Assembly: GCA_029243485.1 (NCBI GenBank)
Contig: JAQWRY010000011.1
Location: 77,228-141,227, forward strand
From: Candidatus Binatia bacterium
Lineage (GTDB): Bacteria; Desulfobacterota; Binatia; UBA12015
Direction of reading: 5' to 3'
DNA length: 64,000 nucleotides
Part shown: positions 9,829 to 17,565 of the stretch, piece after piece
Numbering within the stretch: the stretch's first letter is position 1
Layout of the letters: each line of letters starts with the position of its first letter
Notes under the pieces: generated by a model
What the model was told of the DNA's origin: nothing
The model's database searches: none
The model's input: the letters and a program-made list of their open reading frames with translations, nothing else
Program-made: the position numbers and the translations under genes

Positions 9829-10025
9829 CCATGCTTCACGACTTCCAGAACGGCGCGAGCACGATGACTCTCGCCGACGGCCTCGCCGGGTACCACGCGA
9901 GCCGCGACGACCTCACCAGGGGCCGCGGCCTCTCCCCGCAGGCCCAAGAGTTCTTCCGCTGCCACGACACCGCCCACGTCCTCTTCGGCACCAACGCCGG
10001 CTTCCGCCAACTCCTGTCCGACTAA
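9829..10025 (+). CDS. small hypothetical protein (possibly frameshifted; see the finding on 10026-10347)
   Basis: ATG-initiated 65-aa ORF with coding-like composition. A protein-like continuation occurs in the +1 frame immediately downstream. Confidence 0.2.
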
Positions 10026-10347
10026 AACCTCCCCGAGTCCCAGGAGATCTACGCGACCCTTGCTTGGGACGACTTCGAGGAATTCCTCCAAGTAAGCCTC
10101 GCAGAGTTGCGCTCCAACTTCCGCGTCGAAGTCCTGACGGTTCGTTGAGTAGAACCGTTCCTTGAGTGGGGACGTTCCTTAATCTCGACGATTTCTTTAC
10201 TCGTCACTCTCGTGACGGGTGCTTTCGGAAACTCGTTTTGATTTCGGTCGGGCACGGGGGGCATTACCGTGCCCGGGTCGTACCCATCAGCCCCGCCGAA
10301 CGCCTCGACACCGCCGGCAGGGCAATCTCGTCTCGCCTTGCTATACG

Positions 10348-11151
10348 ATGAGGCATCATCCGATGGGACTCCTGAACGCAGCGCAGCAAGAACAGTGGAA
10401 GACGCACGGGTATTTCTCGCTGCCGGGCGAGCTCGGTCCGGAGACGGTCCAGGAACTCACGCGGTGGGTCGAGGAGGTTGCCTCCTGGTCGATTCCGAAG
10501 GAACCGGGGCTGCACCACACCGAGGACATCGACGGGGAGGAACGACTCGCGCGCTCCGAAGACTTCGATCCGTATCACGCGGGGCTGTCGGCCTTCATGC
10601 GCGACGGCGTAATCGCTCGCGTCCTCGAGGAGTTGTTCGGCGAGCCCGCCGTGTTGTTCAAGGAGAAGATCAACTTCAAGTACCCCGGAGGGGGCGGCTT
10701 CGCTCCGCATCAAGACGCGCCGGCCTACCGGTTCATCGACCACCACATCTCGTGCATGGTTCCGATAGACCCGTCGACCATCGAGAGCGGGTGCCTGTAC
10801 TTCGCGCCGGGCTACGACGAGGGGCTGCTTCCCAACGCCGCCGGCCGCATTGACGAGACGTGGCTGAGCGGGGCCCGGTGGGAGCCGCTCGAAGCCATGC
10901 CGGGCGATCTGGTGTTTTTCGACTCCTACGCCCCGCACAAGAGCGGTACGAACGGCTCGAAGGCACCGCGTCGGCTTATGTACCTCACCTACAACAGCGC
11001 CTCGAAGGGCGACTTCCGGGAAACCTACTACGCCGACAAGCGCTCTGAGCTCAGAACGGAAGGCCAGGAAGGGGCGTCCGGACACGTCCGCATCTCAATC
11101 AACGACGACTTCCTCGGCAAACCCGTGACCGAGCGAACCCAACCACGCTGA
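10348..11151 (+). CDS. phytanoyl-CoA dioxygenase (PhyH)-family Fe(II)/2-oxoglutarate oxygenase
   Basis: HQDAPAY (HxD) and a downstream His in YAPHKSG. Overall PhyH-like pattern. Start taken at MRHHPMGLLN. Confidence 0.7.
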   Translation: MRHHPMGLLNAAQQEQWKTHGYFSLPGELGPETVQELTRWVEEVASWSIPKEPGLHHTEDIDGEERLARSEDFDPYHAGLSAFMRDGVIARVLEELFGEPAVLFKEKINFKYPGGGGFAPHQDAPAYRFIDHHISCMVPIDPSTIESGCLYFAPGYDEGLLPNAAGRIDETWLSGARWEPLEAMPGDLVFFDSYAPHKSGTNGSKAPRRLMYLTYNSASKGDFRETYYADKRSELRTEGQEGASGHVRISINDDFLGKPVTERTQPR

Positions 11152-11167
11152 TCGCCCGACCTGGGCG

Positions 11168-11460
11168 TCACCGCCGAACGATGTGCTGGCGCGGGAACGG
11201 AGCCGAGTGTTCCCATTCGGCAAGCAGAGACCGCAGCGCCGTCACCAATGAGAGCGGCTGATCGAGCATCATGTGATGGCCGGCGAGCGAGATCTCGACC
11301 ACCGGGGCAACACGACCCAACGCGTCGTACATGATGGCACCTACCTGCGCGGTGACGAGGCCGAACTCCGATCGAATCAGCGCAACGCGGCCGCCGTGAA
11401 TCAGGACGAACCCCGGCTGGCCCCCTCCCCCCACGCCATCCGGTGAATCGAGCAACCGCT
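11168..11460 (-). pseudogene. alpha/beta-hydrolase remnant with internal deletion
   Basis: C-terminal part of ORF 11168..12139 reads ...GFVLIHGG...(45 aa)...GHHMMLDQP...: the N-terminal HG motif and the C-terminal catalytic His region of an alpha/beta hydrolase, but the ~150 aa core including the nucleophile elbow is missing. The upstream part of the ORF is Arg/Pro-rich junk. Confidence 0.35.
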
Positions 11461-11621
11461 CACCGTGATTTCGTCCTCTTCGGCTTGGACGGCGAGCGCC
11501 TGAGCCAGCTACTGCGGGGCGTCTTCGGAAGCCATACCGCAAGGATGGAGATGGCGGGCCGACGCGATGCCGCCGCAGGTGCCGGCTGGAGGCGGGCCCC
11601 GGGCTGCGGTATGCCCACCAC

Positions 11622-12032
11622 GTGGGCAAGAACTGGATCCCATCCGCATTCCTTCTCTGTGCATTCGTCGTCGGCCTCGCCGCTTGCGGCGACGGCGCGA
11701 TGACCGCGGTCGGTATGGCCGCGGGATGGGTCGGCGCGGCTCCAGACCCCCGAGTGGCTGCGATCGCTCCGATCTCGGCCGTGACCGACGGCGATCTCCA
11801 CCAAGGCACGCAAACGGGACCGAACGCCGGCTTCTCCCGCGAACCGTTGGAGAGCATCGTCGTACCCACACTCCTCATCGGTGGCGCGGCGGACGTCGGC
11901 GCCGAAACACTTCTCGAACCGTACACCACGACCTGCGGCCCCGACGTCCTTTCGATCACCGAGGCCACCGGTCTCACCAACCTGTACGTGGTCTCGTTCT
12001 TCAAGCGGCACCTCCACGGGGAAGCGGCGTAG
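11622..12032 (+). CDS. lipoprotein with alpha/beta-hydrolase-like C-terminal segment (truncated esterase-like, 136 aa)
   Basis: Lipobox FVVGLAACGDG. C-terminus PTLLIGGAADV...LYVVSFFKRHLHGE resembles the acid/His end of dienelactone-hydrolase/PAF-AH-like esterases, but the protein is too short to be a full hydrolase. Confidence 0.4.
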   Translation: MGKNWIPSAFLLCAFVVGLAACGDGAMTAVGMAAGWVGAAPDPRVAAIAPISAVTDGDLHQGTQTGPNAGFSREPLESIVVPTLLIGGAADVGAETLLEPYTTTCGPDVLSITEATGLTNLYVVSFFKRHLHGEAA

Positions 12033-12133
12033 CGTAGTTCCTCACGGAACAGTACGCAGGCACCGAACCCCAAGTCCGGTTCTCGACGAAATAGACCCGG
12101 CGCGTCCCCATCGAATCGAAAAGGAGCCCCCCA

Positions 12134-12861
12134 TGGCAACGAGCGGCGAAACGATCAAATACAATGCAGGTGGAACCGAGCTGATCGGTTGGGCCGAAAC
12201 TGGAACGGGAAGCACTCCGCGTCCCGGCGTCCTCGTCGTGCACGAATGGTGGGGGCTGAACGACTACGTCAAAGGCCGCGCGCAGCAGCTTGCCGCGCTG
12301 GGCTACGAGGCTCTCGCCGTCGACATGTACGGCGGTGGCCAGACCGCCGCCAACCCCGAGGAAGCCAACGGCCTCATGTCGGCCGCCCTCGGCGACGTCC
12401 CTGCCCTAGAGCAACGCTTCCAGGCCGCCGTCGATGCACTCAAGGCCCGGCCCGGGGTCGACGGCTCGAAGATCGCAGCGATCGGCTACTGCTTCGGCGG
12501 CGCGGTCGTTCTTCATGCCGCCCGTATCGGTCTGCCCCTGGCGGGCGTCACGAGCTTCCACGGCTCGCTCGGCTCGTTCCACAAGCCGGCGCCGGGAAGC
12601 GTGCAGGCGAAGGTCCTGGTCTGCCACGGTGCCGCGGACGCCCTCGTGCCAGAGGAAGACGTCGCCGCGTTCAAGGCGGAGATGGACGCCGCCGGGGCCG
12701 ACTACCGCTTCGAAGCGTACCCCGGCGCCTTCCACAGCTTCTCGAATTCCGACGCGACCGCGGCCGGCGAGAAGTACGGCATGCCGCTCAAGTACGACGC
12801 AGACGCCGATGCCCGCTCGTGGGCCGACATGAGCGCGTTCTTCGGCAAGATCTTCGGCTGA
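12134..12861 (+). CDS. dienelactone hydrolase family protein
   Basis: VLVVHEWWGLNDYVK..., nucleophile motif IGYCFGG, C-terminal LVCHGAADALVP...GAFHSF. Typical DLH (Cys/Ser-Asp-His). Confidence 0.8.
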
Positions 12862-12950
12862 GCGCTGCGCCTCCGCGCCCCACGACGACCGATCCGGCAC
12901 TCCACCTCGACTTGTACGGCGTCGGTGTTCGCATCACCGCCAAGGACTAA

Positions 12951-13427
12951 GAGGTCCTCGGACGCATCGAGCGTGACTTCACGTTCTTCCGCGCGAACGC
13001 GACCGATGGAACGCCGGATCTGGTCATCGAAGCTCGGCTGGAAGAACCGCGCTTGGGCGGGATTCCGGCGCTTCGGGCGTCGGTCTTCACTCCCCGAAAC
13101 ATCTGTTACTCCGACGGGCCACGCACCTGGATGGACTACGCAGGGCGCGCCCTCGCGCTCTACGATCGCGACCGGCCAACGTTCAAGGCTTGGTCCACTG
13201 ACCTGCACCTCCTGCATGCGATCGGGAACCGGGAGTGGCTCTGGCAACGGCCGTATACTAACTTTGAGCTACAGCACCGATGGGACCGCCCCACCGCCGG
13301 ACACAAGCCCGATTCCGGCTTTCTCGGCGTTGGGCTGAACGGAGCGGGCAGCGGGCCTGCACTCCTCGGCCCAGGCAGTGTCCCGATCGAGCTCGATTCT
13401 GTCGACAGCGGAGCGGGAGACGGGTAA
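12951..13427 (+). pseudogene. hypothetical ORF interrupted by an in-frame TAA (12948-12950); lower GC3 than neighbours
   Basis: The frame of ORF 12189..12950 continues in-frame into ORF 13053..13427 across a single TAA; the joined translation is protein-like (...ICYSDGPRTWMDYAGRALALYDRDRPTFKAWSTDLHLLHAIGNREWLWQRPY...). No canonical start upstream. Confidence 0.3.
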
Positions 13428-13437
13428 CAGCGAGATC

Positions 13438-13920
13438 ATGACGGGTATCGAGCGGATGTCCGGCGACCGGGTGGTCGATCGGTGGGAGATCCAAGACCTG
13501 ACCAACGCCTACGCGGACGCGGTAGACGGACACGACTGGCCGCGATTCGGAGCGCTTTTCACTCCGGATGCCCGGATCGACTATCGCGAAGCCGGCGGCA
13601 TCGCCGGAACCCCCGCCGAGCTCGGGGCCTGGATGCCGCAGGCGATGGCCGCCTTCAAATGGAGCCTGCACTCCATGTCGACGCACACCGTGGTTTTCGA
13701 GAAGGCAGACGCCGCTCGGGGGACTCTGCACGTCCTCGCCCGACACGGCGTCGACTTCGAGGGAACAGAAGAGCTGATGGACGTCGGCGCGATCTACGAG
13801 GACCGCTATGTCCGCACGGCGGCCGGCTGGCGCTTCGCGGAGCGCATCGAACGAACCAAGTACATCGTCGGTGGTCGGTTTGCCGATCTCGTGCGCCAAG
13901 CAGCCAGCGGTGGCAAATGA
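13438..13920 (+). CDS. NTF2-like / SnoaL-like domain protein
   Basis: Internal ATG of ORF 13378..13920: MTGIERMSGDRVVDRWEIQDLTNAYADAVDGHDW...IDYREAGG, typical of the SnoaL_4/NTF2-like fold. Confidence 0.55.
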   Translation: MTGIERMSGDRVVDRWEIQDLTNAYADAVDGHDWPRFGALFTPDARIDYREAGGIAGTPAELGAWMPQAMAAFKWSLHSMSTHTVVFEKADAARGTLHVLARHGVDFEGTEELMDVGAIYEDRYVRTAAGWRFAERIERTKYIVGGRFADLVRQAASGGK

Positions 13921-15008
13921 CTGGACCCATCTCCTTCCCGACGAGCGTAGAGGAGCTGAGGACCGACCTCCTGACCGCCGTTCTCTCGGCCCGAACCCCC
14001 GGTGTGATCGTCGACGGCTTCGAGGTCGTGGTCACGAAGCACGCCGGAGAAGGGGTCGCCTCCACCGCAGACCGAGTCGTGCTCGAACTCACGTATGGCG
14101 CCGGCTCACCGCCGGGGCTCCCGACCAGATTGATCCTGAAGACGATGCTCGTCGGCCCACACGCCCCGCCGGAGATGTACGAGACGGAGGTCCGCTTCTA
14201 CGACGAGATTCGACCAGGCCTCGACGCGGAGATGCCACAGGCATTCGGTTGTCACTTCGCACCCGAGTCGGGCTCGTTCGGACTTCTCATGGAAGACCTC
14301 GAGAAGCGCGACGCGCGCTTCCCGAATGCCCTCGACACCGTCACGCTGCCCGAGATCGAATCCCTGCTCACGCAGCTCGCCACGGTCCACGCTCGCTTCT
14401 GGCGCAGCCCACGCCTCCGCACCGATCTCGCGTGGGTCCCCACGCCGATGCAGGGTGGGATGGCCGACATCTTCACGAAGTTCGGCCGCGAATTCGTGCA
14501 GAGCCAGGTGGATCAGCATCCGTTCAAGCAGGAGCTCATCGCGCCGCTCGGACGATCGGTCTCCGAGCTCTGGGAGCTGCTGACCCGCGTTCGGGAGGAG
14601 CAGACCGCTCTGCCCCCGACCCTACTTCATGGCGACCCACACATCGGGAACACATATCTCCTGCCTGGCGAGCGTGGCGGACTCCTCGACTTCCAGCTTC
14701 TGACGCGAGGCTGCTTCGCCCACGACGTGATCTACCTGATGGTGACCGGGCTCGCGACGGAGGTCCGCCGCACCCACCAGCGCTCGCTCCTCGAACACTA
14801 CCTCGACCGACTCCGCGCCGCCGGCGTCACCGACCCTCCCGAGGCCGAAGAGGCCTGGCTCCTGTGCCGAAAGGCGTCCCTGTGGGGGCTCGTGATCGGA
14901 TGGCTGATCTGCCCGCCGGCGAACTACGGCGTCGAGATTACGACCGAGAACATCGCGCGGACCGTCGCCGCAGTTCAGGACCTGGACGCCATCGCCGCAA
15001 TCACTTGA
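13917..15008 (+). CDS. phosphotransferase-family kinase (APH/EcKL-like)
   Basis: LLHGDPHIGNTY (H-G-D catalytic loop) and DFQLL (DFG-like), as in aminoglycoside/ecdysteroid-kinase-like phosphotransferases. ATGA overlap with the upstream stop. Confidence 0.7.
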   Translation: MTGPISFPTSVEELRTDLLTAVLSARTPGVIVDGFEVVVTKHAGEGVASTADRVVLELTYGAGSPPGLPTRLILKTMLVGPHAPPEMYETEVRFYDEIRPGLDAEMPQAFGCHFAPESGSFGLLMEDLEKRDARFPNALDTVTLPEIESLLTQLATVHARFWRSPRLRTDLAWVPTPMQGGMADIFTKFGREFVQSQVDQHPFKQELIAPLGRSVSELWELLTRVREEQTALPPTLLHGDPHIGNTYLLPGERGGLLDFQLLTRGCFAHDVIYLMVTGLATEVRRTHQRSLLEHYLDRLRAAGVTDPPEAEEAWLLCRKASLWGLVIGWLICPPANYGVEITTENIARTVAAVQDLDAIAAIT

Positions 15009-16416
15009 GAGCCTTGCGGCGCGACAGCTCCGCCACGATCTCCCGGTACCGCTCGCGCGTGATCGGATACTTTCGCAGGAACGACAGCGCGACCAGATTG
15101 AGCACGATGATCCACGGGCCGACGGCCCAACCCAGCAGGTCGACCTTGTTCTGCGGCACCGTCCCCGGAATCGCCCGGGCCGGGAACGCGATGAGTTGCA
15201 GCGTGATGCCGCCGAGAAGATTCCCTACGCCGGAGACCGCCTTCCCTGCGAACGCGATCGCCGCGACGAACACCCCTTCCTGACGCTCGCCCGTGATCAG
15301 TTCGTTCTCGTCGACGGAGTCCTGAATCATCGACCGCATGAGGATCATCAGCGCCAGGAAGCTACCGAGGCTGATCGCCGCATGGCCGGCGATGATCGGC
15401 AGAAGCCGCGGATCGCCGTTCTCCGGGAGGATATGGAGAAATCGCGCGAAGATCGGCAGCGGCGAGAAGACGATCGCGAAGGCCATGAGCCCGGTCGCGG
15501 CGCGTCGTTTGTCGAGGAACAGGCTGATCTGTCGGGCCGCAACGACCGCGACCGGTACTGCAAGAACGACCATGCCCAGCAGGACCGCCTGATCGGAATC
15601 GTCGAACTCCCAGAAGTACGTCGTCATGTACAGGCGGAAGGCCTCGTCGAACCCCATTCCGATCGCGCCGATCATCGTGGCGATCAGGATCATCCGATAC
15701 GAATGGTTCCCCCACGCCTCGCGCAGATCACTCACCAACCGCGTCGAACTGAACGACGACTGGGGCTTCCGCAGGCTTGGAATCAGGTTGTGCGTTCCTA
15801 CCGTGCAGACGAGGATCGCAACGAACGCCATCACCGCTGCTGCCGTCGCGACCGAGACGTACGCCTGCGGATCGTTGCGGCCGCCTTCGAAGTTCGGAAA
15901 GAACATCGTCCACGCCACGAGCGCCAAGCCGACGGTCCCACCGAACTCGAAGAGAGCCCGCAGGCCGGCGATCGTGGTGCGCTCGTCGTAGTCATCCGTC
16001 AACTCAGGAGCGAGAGCGTCGCTCGGCACCTGGTACAGGGTGAGCGAGAGCCGGACCGCGATCGACAGGACCGTGAGCCAGACGAACAGACCGGCCGTAC
16101 CGAGACCTTCGGGAGGACTCAGAAGGCCGTAGAGACTCAGCGCGACAGGAAGTGCCGCCATGTACATGAAGAGATGACGCCGCCCGAAGCGAGAGCGGAA
16201 GTGATCGGAGATGGAACCCATCAGCGGATCGCTCACCGCATCGACGCACATCGTGAGAAACACCGACAAGCCCGCCATGGCTCCGGGCAAGCCCAGAACG
16301 TTGGTCTCGTAGTACAGCAGGAAGATGTCGAAGACGGCGTTCTTCGCACCGACGGCGAGCGAGCCACTTCCGTAGAGGAGCTTCGTCGAAAACGGTACGG
16401 ATGCATTGCGTTTCAT
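15001..16416 (-). CDS. MFS transporter, GPH (glycoside-pentoside-hexuronide:cation symporter, MelB-like) family
   Basis: LLYGSGSLAVGAKNAVFDIFLLYY...DAVSDPLMGSISDHFRSRFGRR matches the GPH signature (D-x-x-x-G-x-x-S-D). 12 predicted TM segments. Alternative start at 16479. Confidence 0.8.
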   Translation of the reverse strand: MKRNASVPFSTKLLYGSGSLAVGAKNAVFDIFLLYYETNVLGLPGAMAGLSVFLTMCVDAVSDPLMGSISDHFRSRFGRRHLFMYMAALPVALSLYGLLSPPEGLGTAGLFVWLTVLSIAVRLSLTLYQVPSDALAPELTDDYDERTTIAGLRALFEFGGTVGLALVAWTMFFPNFEGGRNDPQAYVSVATAAAVMAFVAILVCTVGTHNLIPSLRKPQSSFSSTRLVSDLREAWGNHSYRMILIATMIGAIGMGFDEAFRLYMTTYFWEFDDSDQAVLLGMVVLAVPVAVVAARQISLFLDKRRAATGLMAFAIVFSPLPIFARFLHILPENGDPRLLPIIAGHAAISLGSFLALMILMRSMIQDSVDENELITGERQEGVFVAAIAFAGKAVSGVGNLLGGITLQLIAFPARAIPGTVPQNKVDLLGWAVGPWIIVLNLVALSFLRKYPITRERYREIVAELSRRKALK

Positions 16417-16514
16417 GGCGGGAAGCGCCGTGGGCGGCCGCGACTGCGAAGCCTCTGCCGCCGATACGCTGAGCTTCATGAATCTCAGACGCGCGAAGGA
16501 AGCAAAAGGTTGAA

Positions 16515-16550
16515 CCCGACGCCAATCTTGACCGAAGAAAGCCCCACCGC
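16515..16550 (+). promoter_or_regulatory. candidate sigma70-like promoter (TTGACC-17-CATATGAAT) in the divergent MFS/hotdog intergenic region
   Basis: Hexamer pattern read by eye; weak evidence. Confidence 0.2.
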
Positions 16551-16565
16551 ATATGAATCGCTGCG

Positions 16566-16907
16566 GTGATCGACTTCGAAGCGGAACTACGGGAGGCGTT
16601 CGACCCGACCGCCGGAACTCTTACGGTCTCGGATGTCTGGGAGGGCTTTCCCGCAACGGCCTTCGGCGGATTCGTTGCCGCCGCAAGCCTGGTCGCGGTC
16701 TCCGGAGCCGCGGAACACCCCCGCCCCCTGAGCTTCTCCACCCGATTCCATCGACCGGTCCCGGCCGGGCGAGCGGTTAAGGTGGAAATCGAACCAGAGC
16801 GCCTCGGCCGGCTTGTCGATGCGCTGACCGCGCCGGTCCAGAGTGACGGCAAGCTCCTCGCCGCGGAGGGAACGAGCCAGGCAGCGCTCGTTCCCATGCT
16901 GACGTGA
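16566..16907 (+). CDS. thioesterase-like (hotdog fold, TesB-like half) protein
   Basis: AFGGFVAAASLVAVS...FHRPVPAGRAVKVEIEPERLGR resembles the 4HBT_3/TesB N-domain. Short (113 aa); may be a half-domain. Confidence 0.4.
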   Translation: MIDFEAELREAFDPTAGTLTVSDVWEGFPATAFGGFVAAASLVAVSGAAEHPRPLSFSTRFHRPVPAGRAVKVEIEPERLGRLVDALTAPVQSDGKLLAAEGTSQAALVPMLT

Positions 16908-17542
16908 GCGACCCGATCGTGAGCGATCCCTCGGAGCTCGCACCTCACCTCGTTCGCAGGTCCGACGAATCGGACGATCGTAGGTTCTACCAGCAACCGC
17001 GCCTGGTCACCCACGTCGACGATGCCACGATCGCCGCACTCACGAAGGTGTACCGCGATAGGATCCCGGCCGGCGCATCGATCCTCGACTTCATGTCGTC
17101 GTGGATCTCGCACCTCCCTTCGGATATCGACTACGAACGGGTCGCCGGGCAGGGCATGAACGCAGTCGAACTCGGTGAGAACCCTAGACTCACCGACCGC
17201 CTGGTCCATGACCTCAACGCCGCGCCGACGCTCCCCTACGAAGACGAGTCGTTCGACTTCGCGATCAGCGCCTTCTCGGCGCAGTACCTCACGCAGCCGG
17301 TCACGGTGTTCTTCTCGATCGCGAAAAAACTTCGGCCCGCCGGGACCATTCTCGTCGCGGTGTCGCACCGCGTGTTCCCGACCAAGGCCATCCATGCCTG
17401 GCAGGCCCTGCCGCCGAGCGAGCGCCCCCGACTCGTCGAAAAATGCTTCGAGCAGGCCGGACGGTTCACTGACATCGAAACCACCGATCACTCACCCACA
17501 GGCGCCGACCCTCTATGGATCGTCAGCGCACGGAAAGCGTGA
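16904..17542 (+). CDS. class-I SAM-dependent methyltransferase
   Basis: ILDFMSSWISHLP (motif I region), LRPAGTILVAVS (post-II). GTG start overlapping the upstream TGA. Confidence 0.6.
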   Translation: MSDPIVSDPSELAPHLVRRSDESDDRRFYQQPRLVTHVDDATIAALTKVYRDRIPAGASILDFMSSWISHLPSDIDYERVAGQGMNAVELGENPRLTDRLVHDLNAAPTLPYEDESFDFAISAFSAQYLTQPVTVFFSIAKKLRPAGTILVAVSHRVFPTKAIHAWQALPPSERPRLVEKCFEQAGRFTDIETTDHSPTGADPLWIVSARKA

Positions 17543-17565
17543 CCGGAACCGGAAGCCAGCACCGT

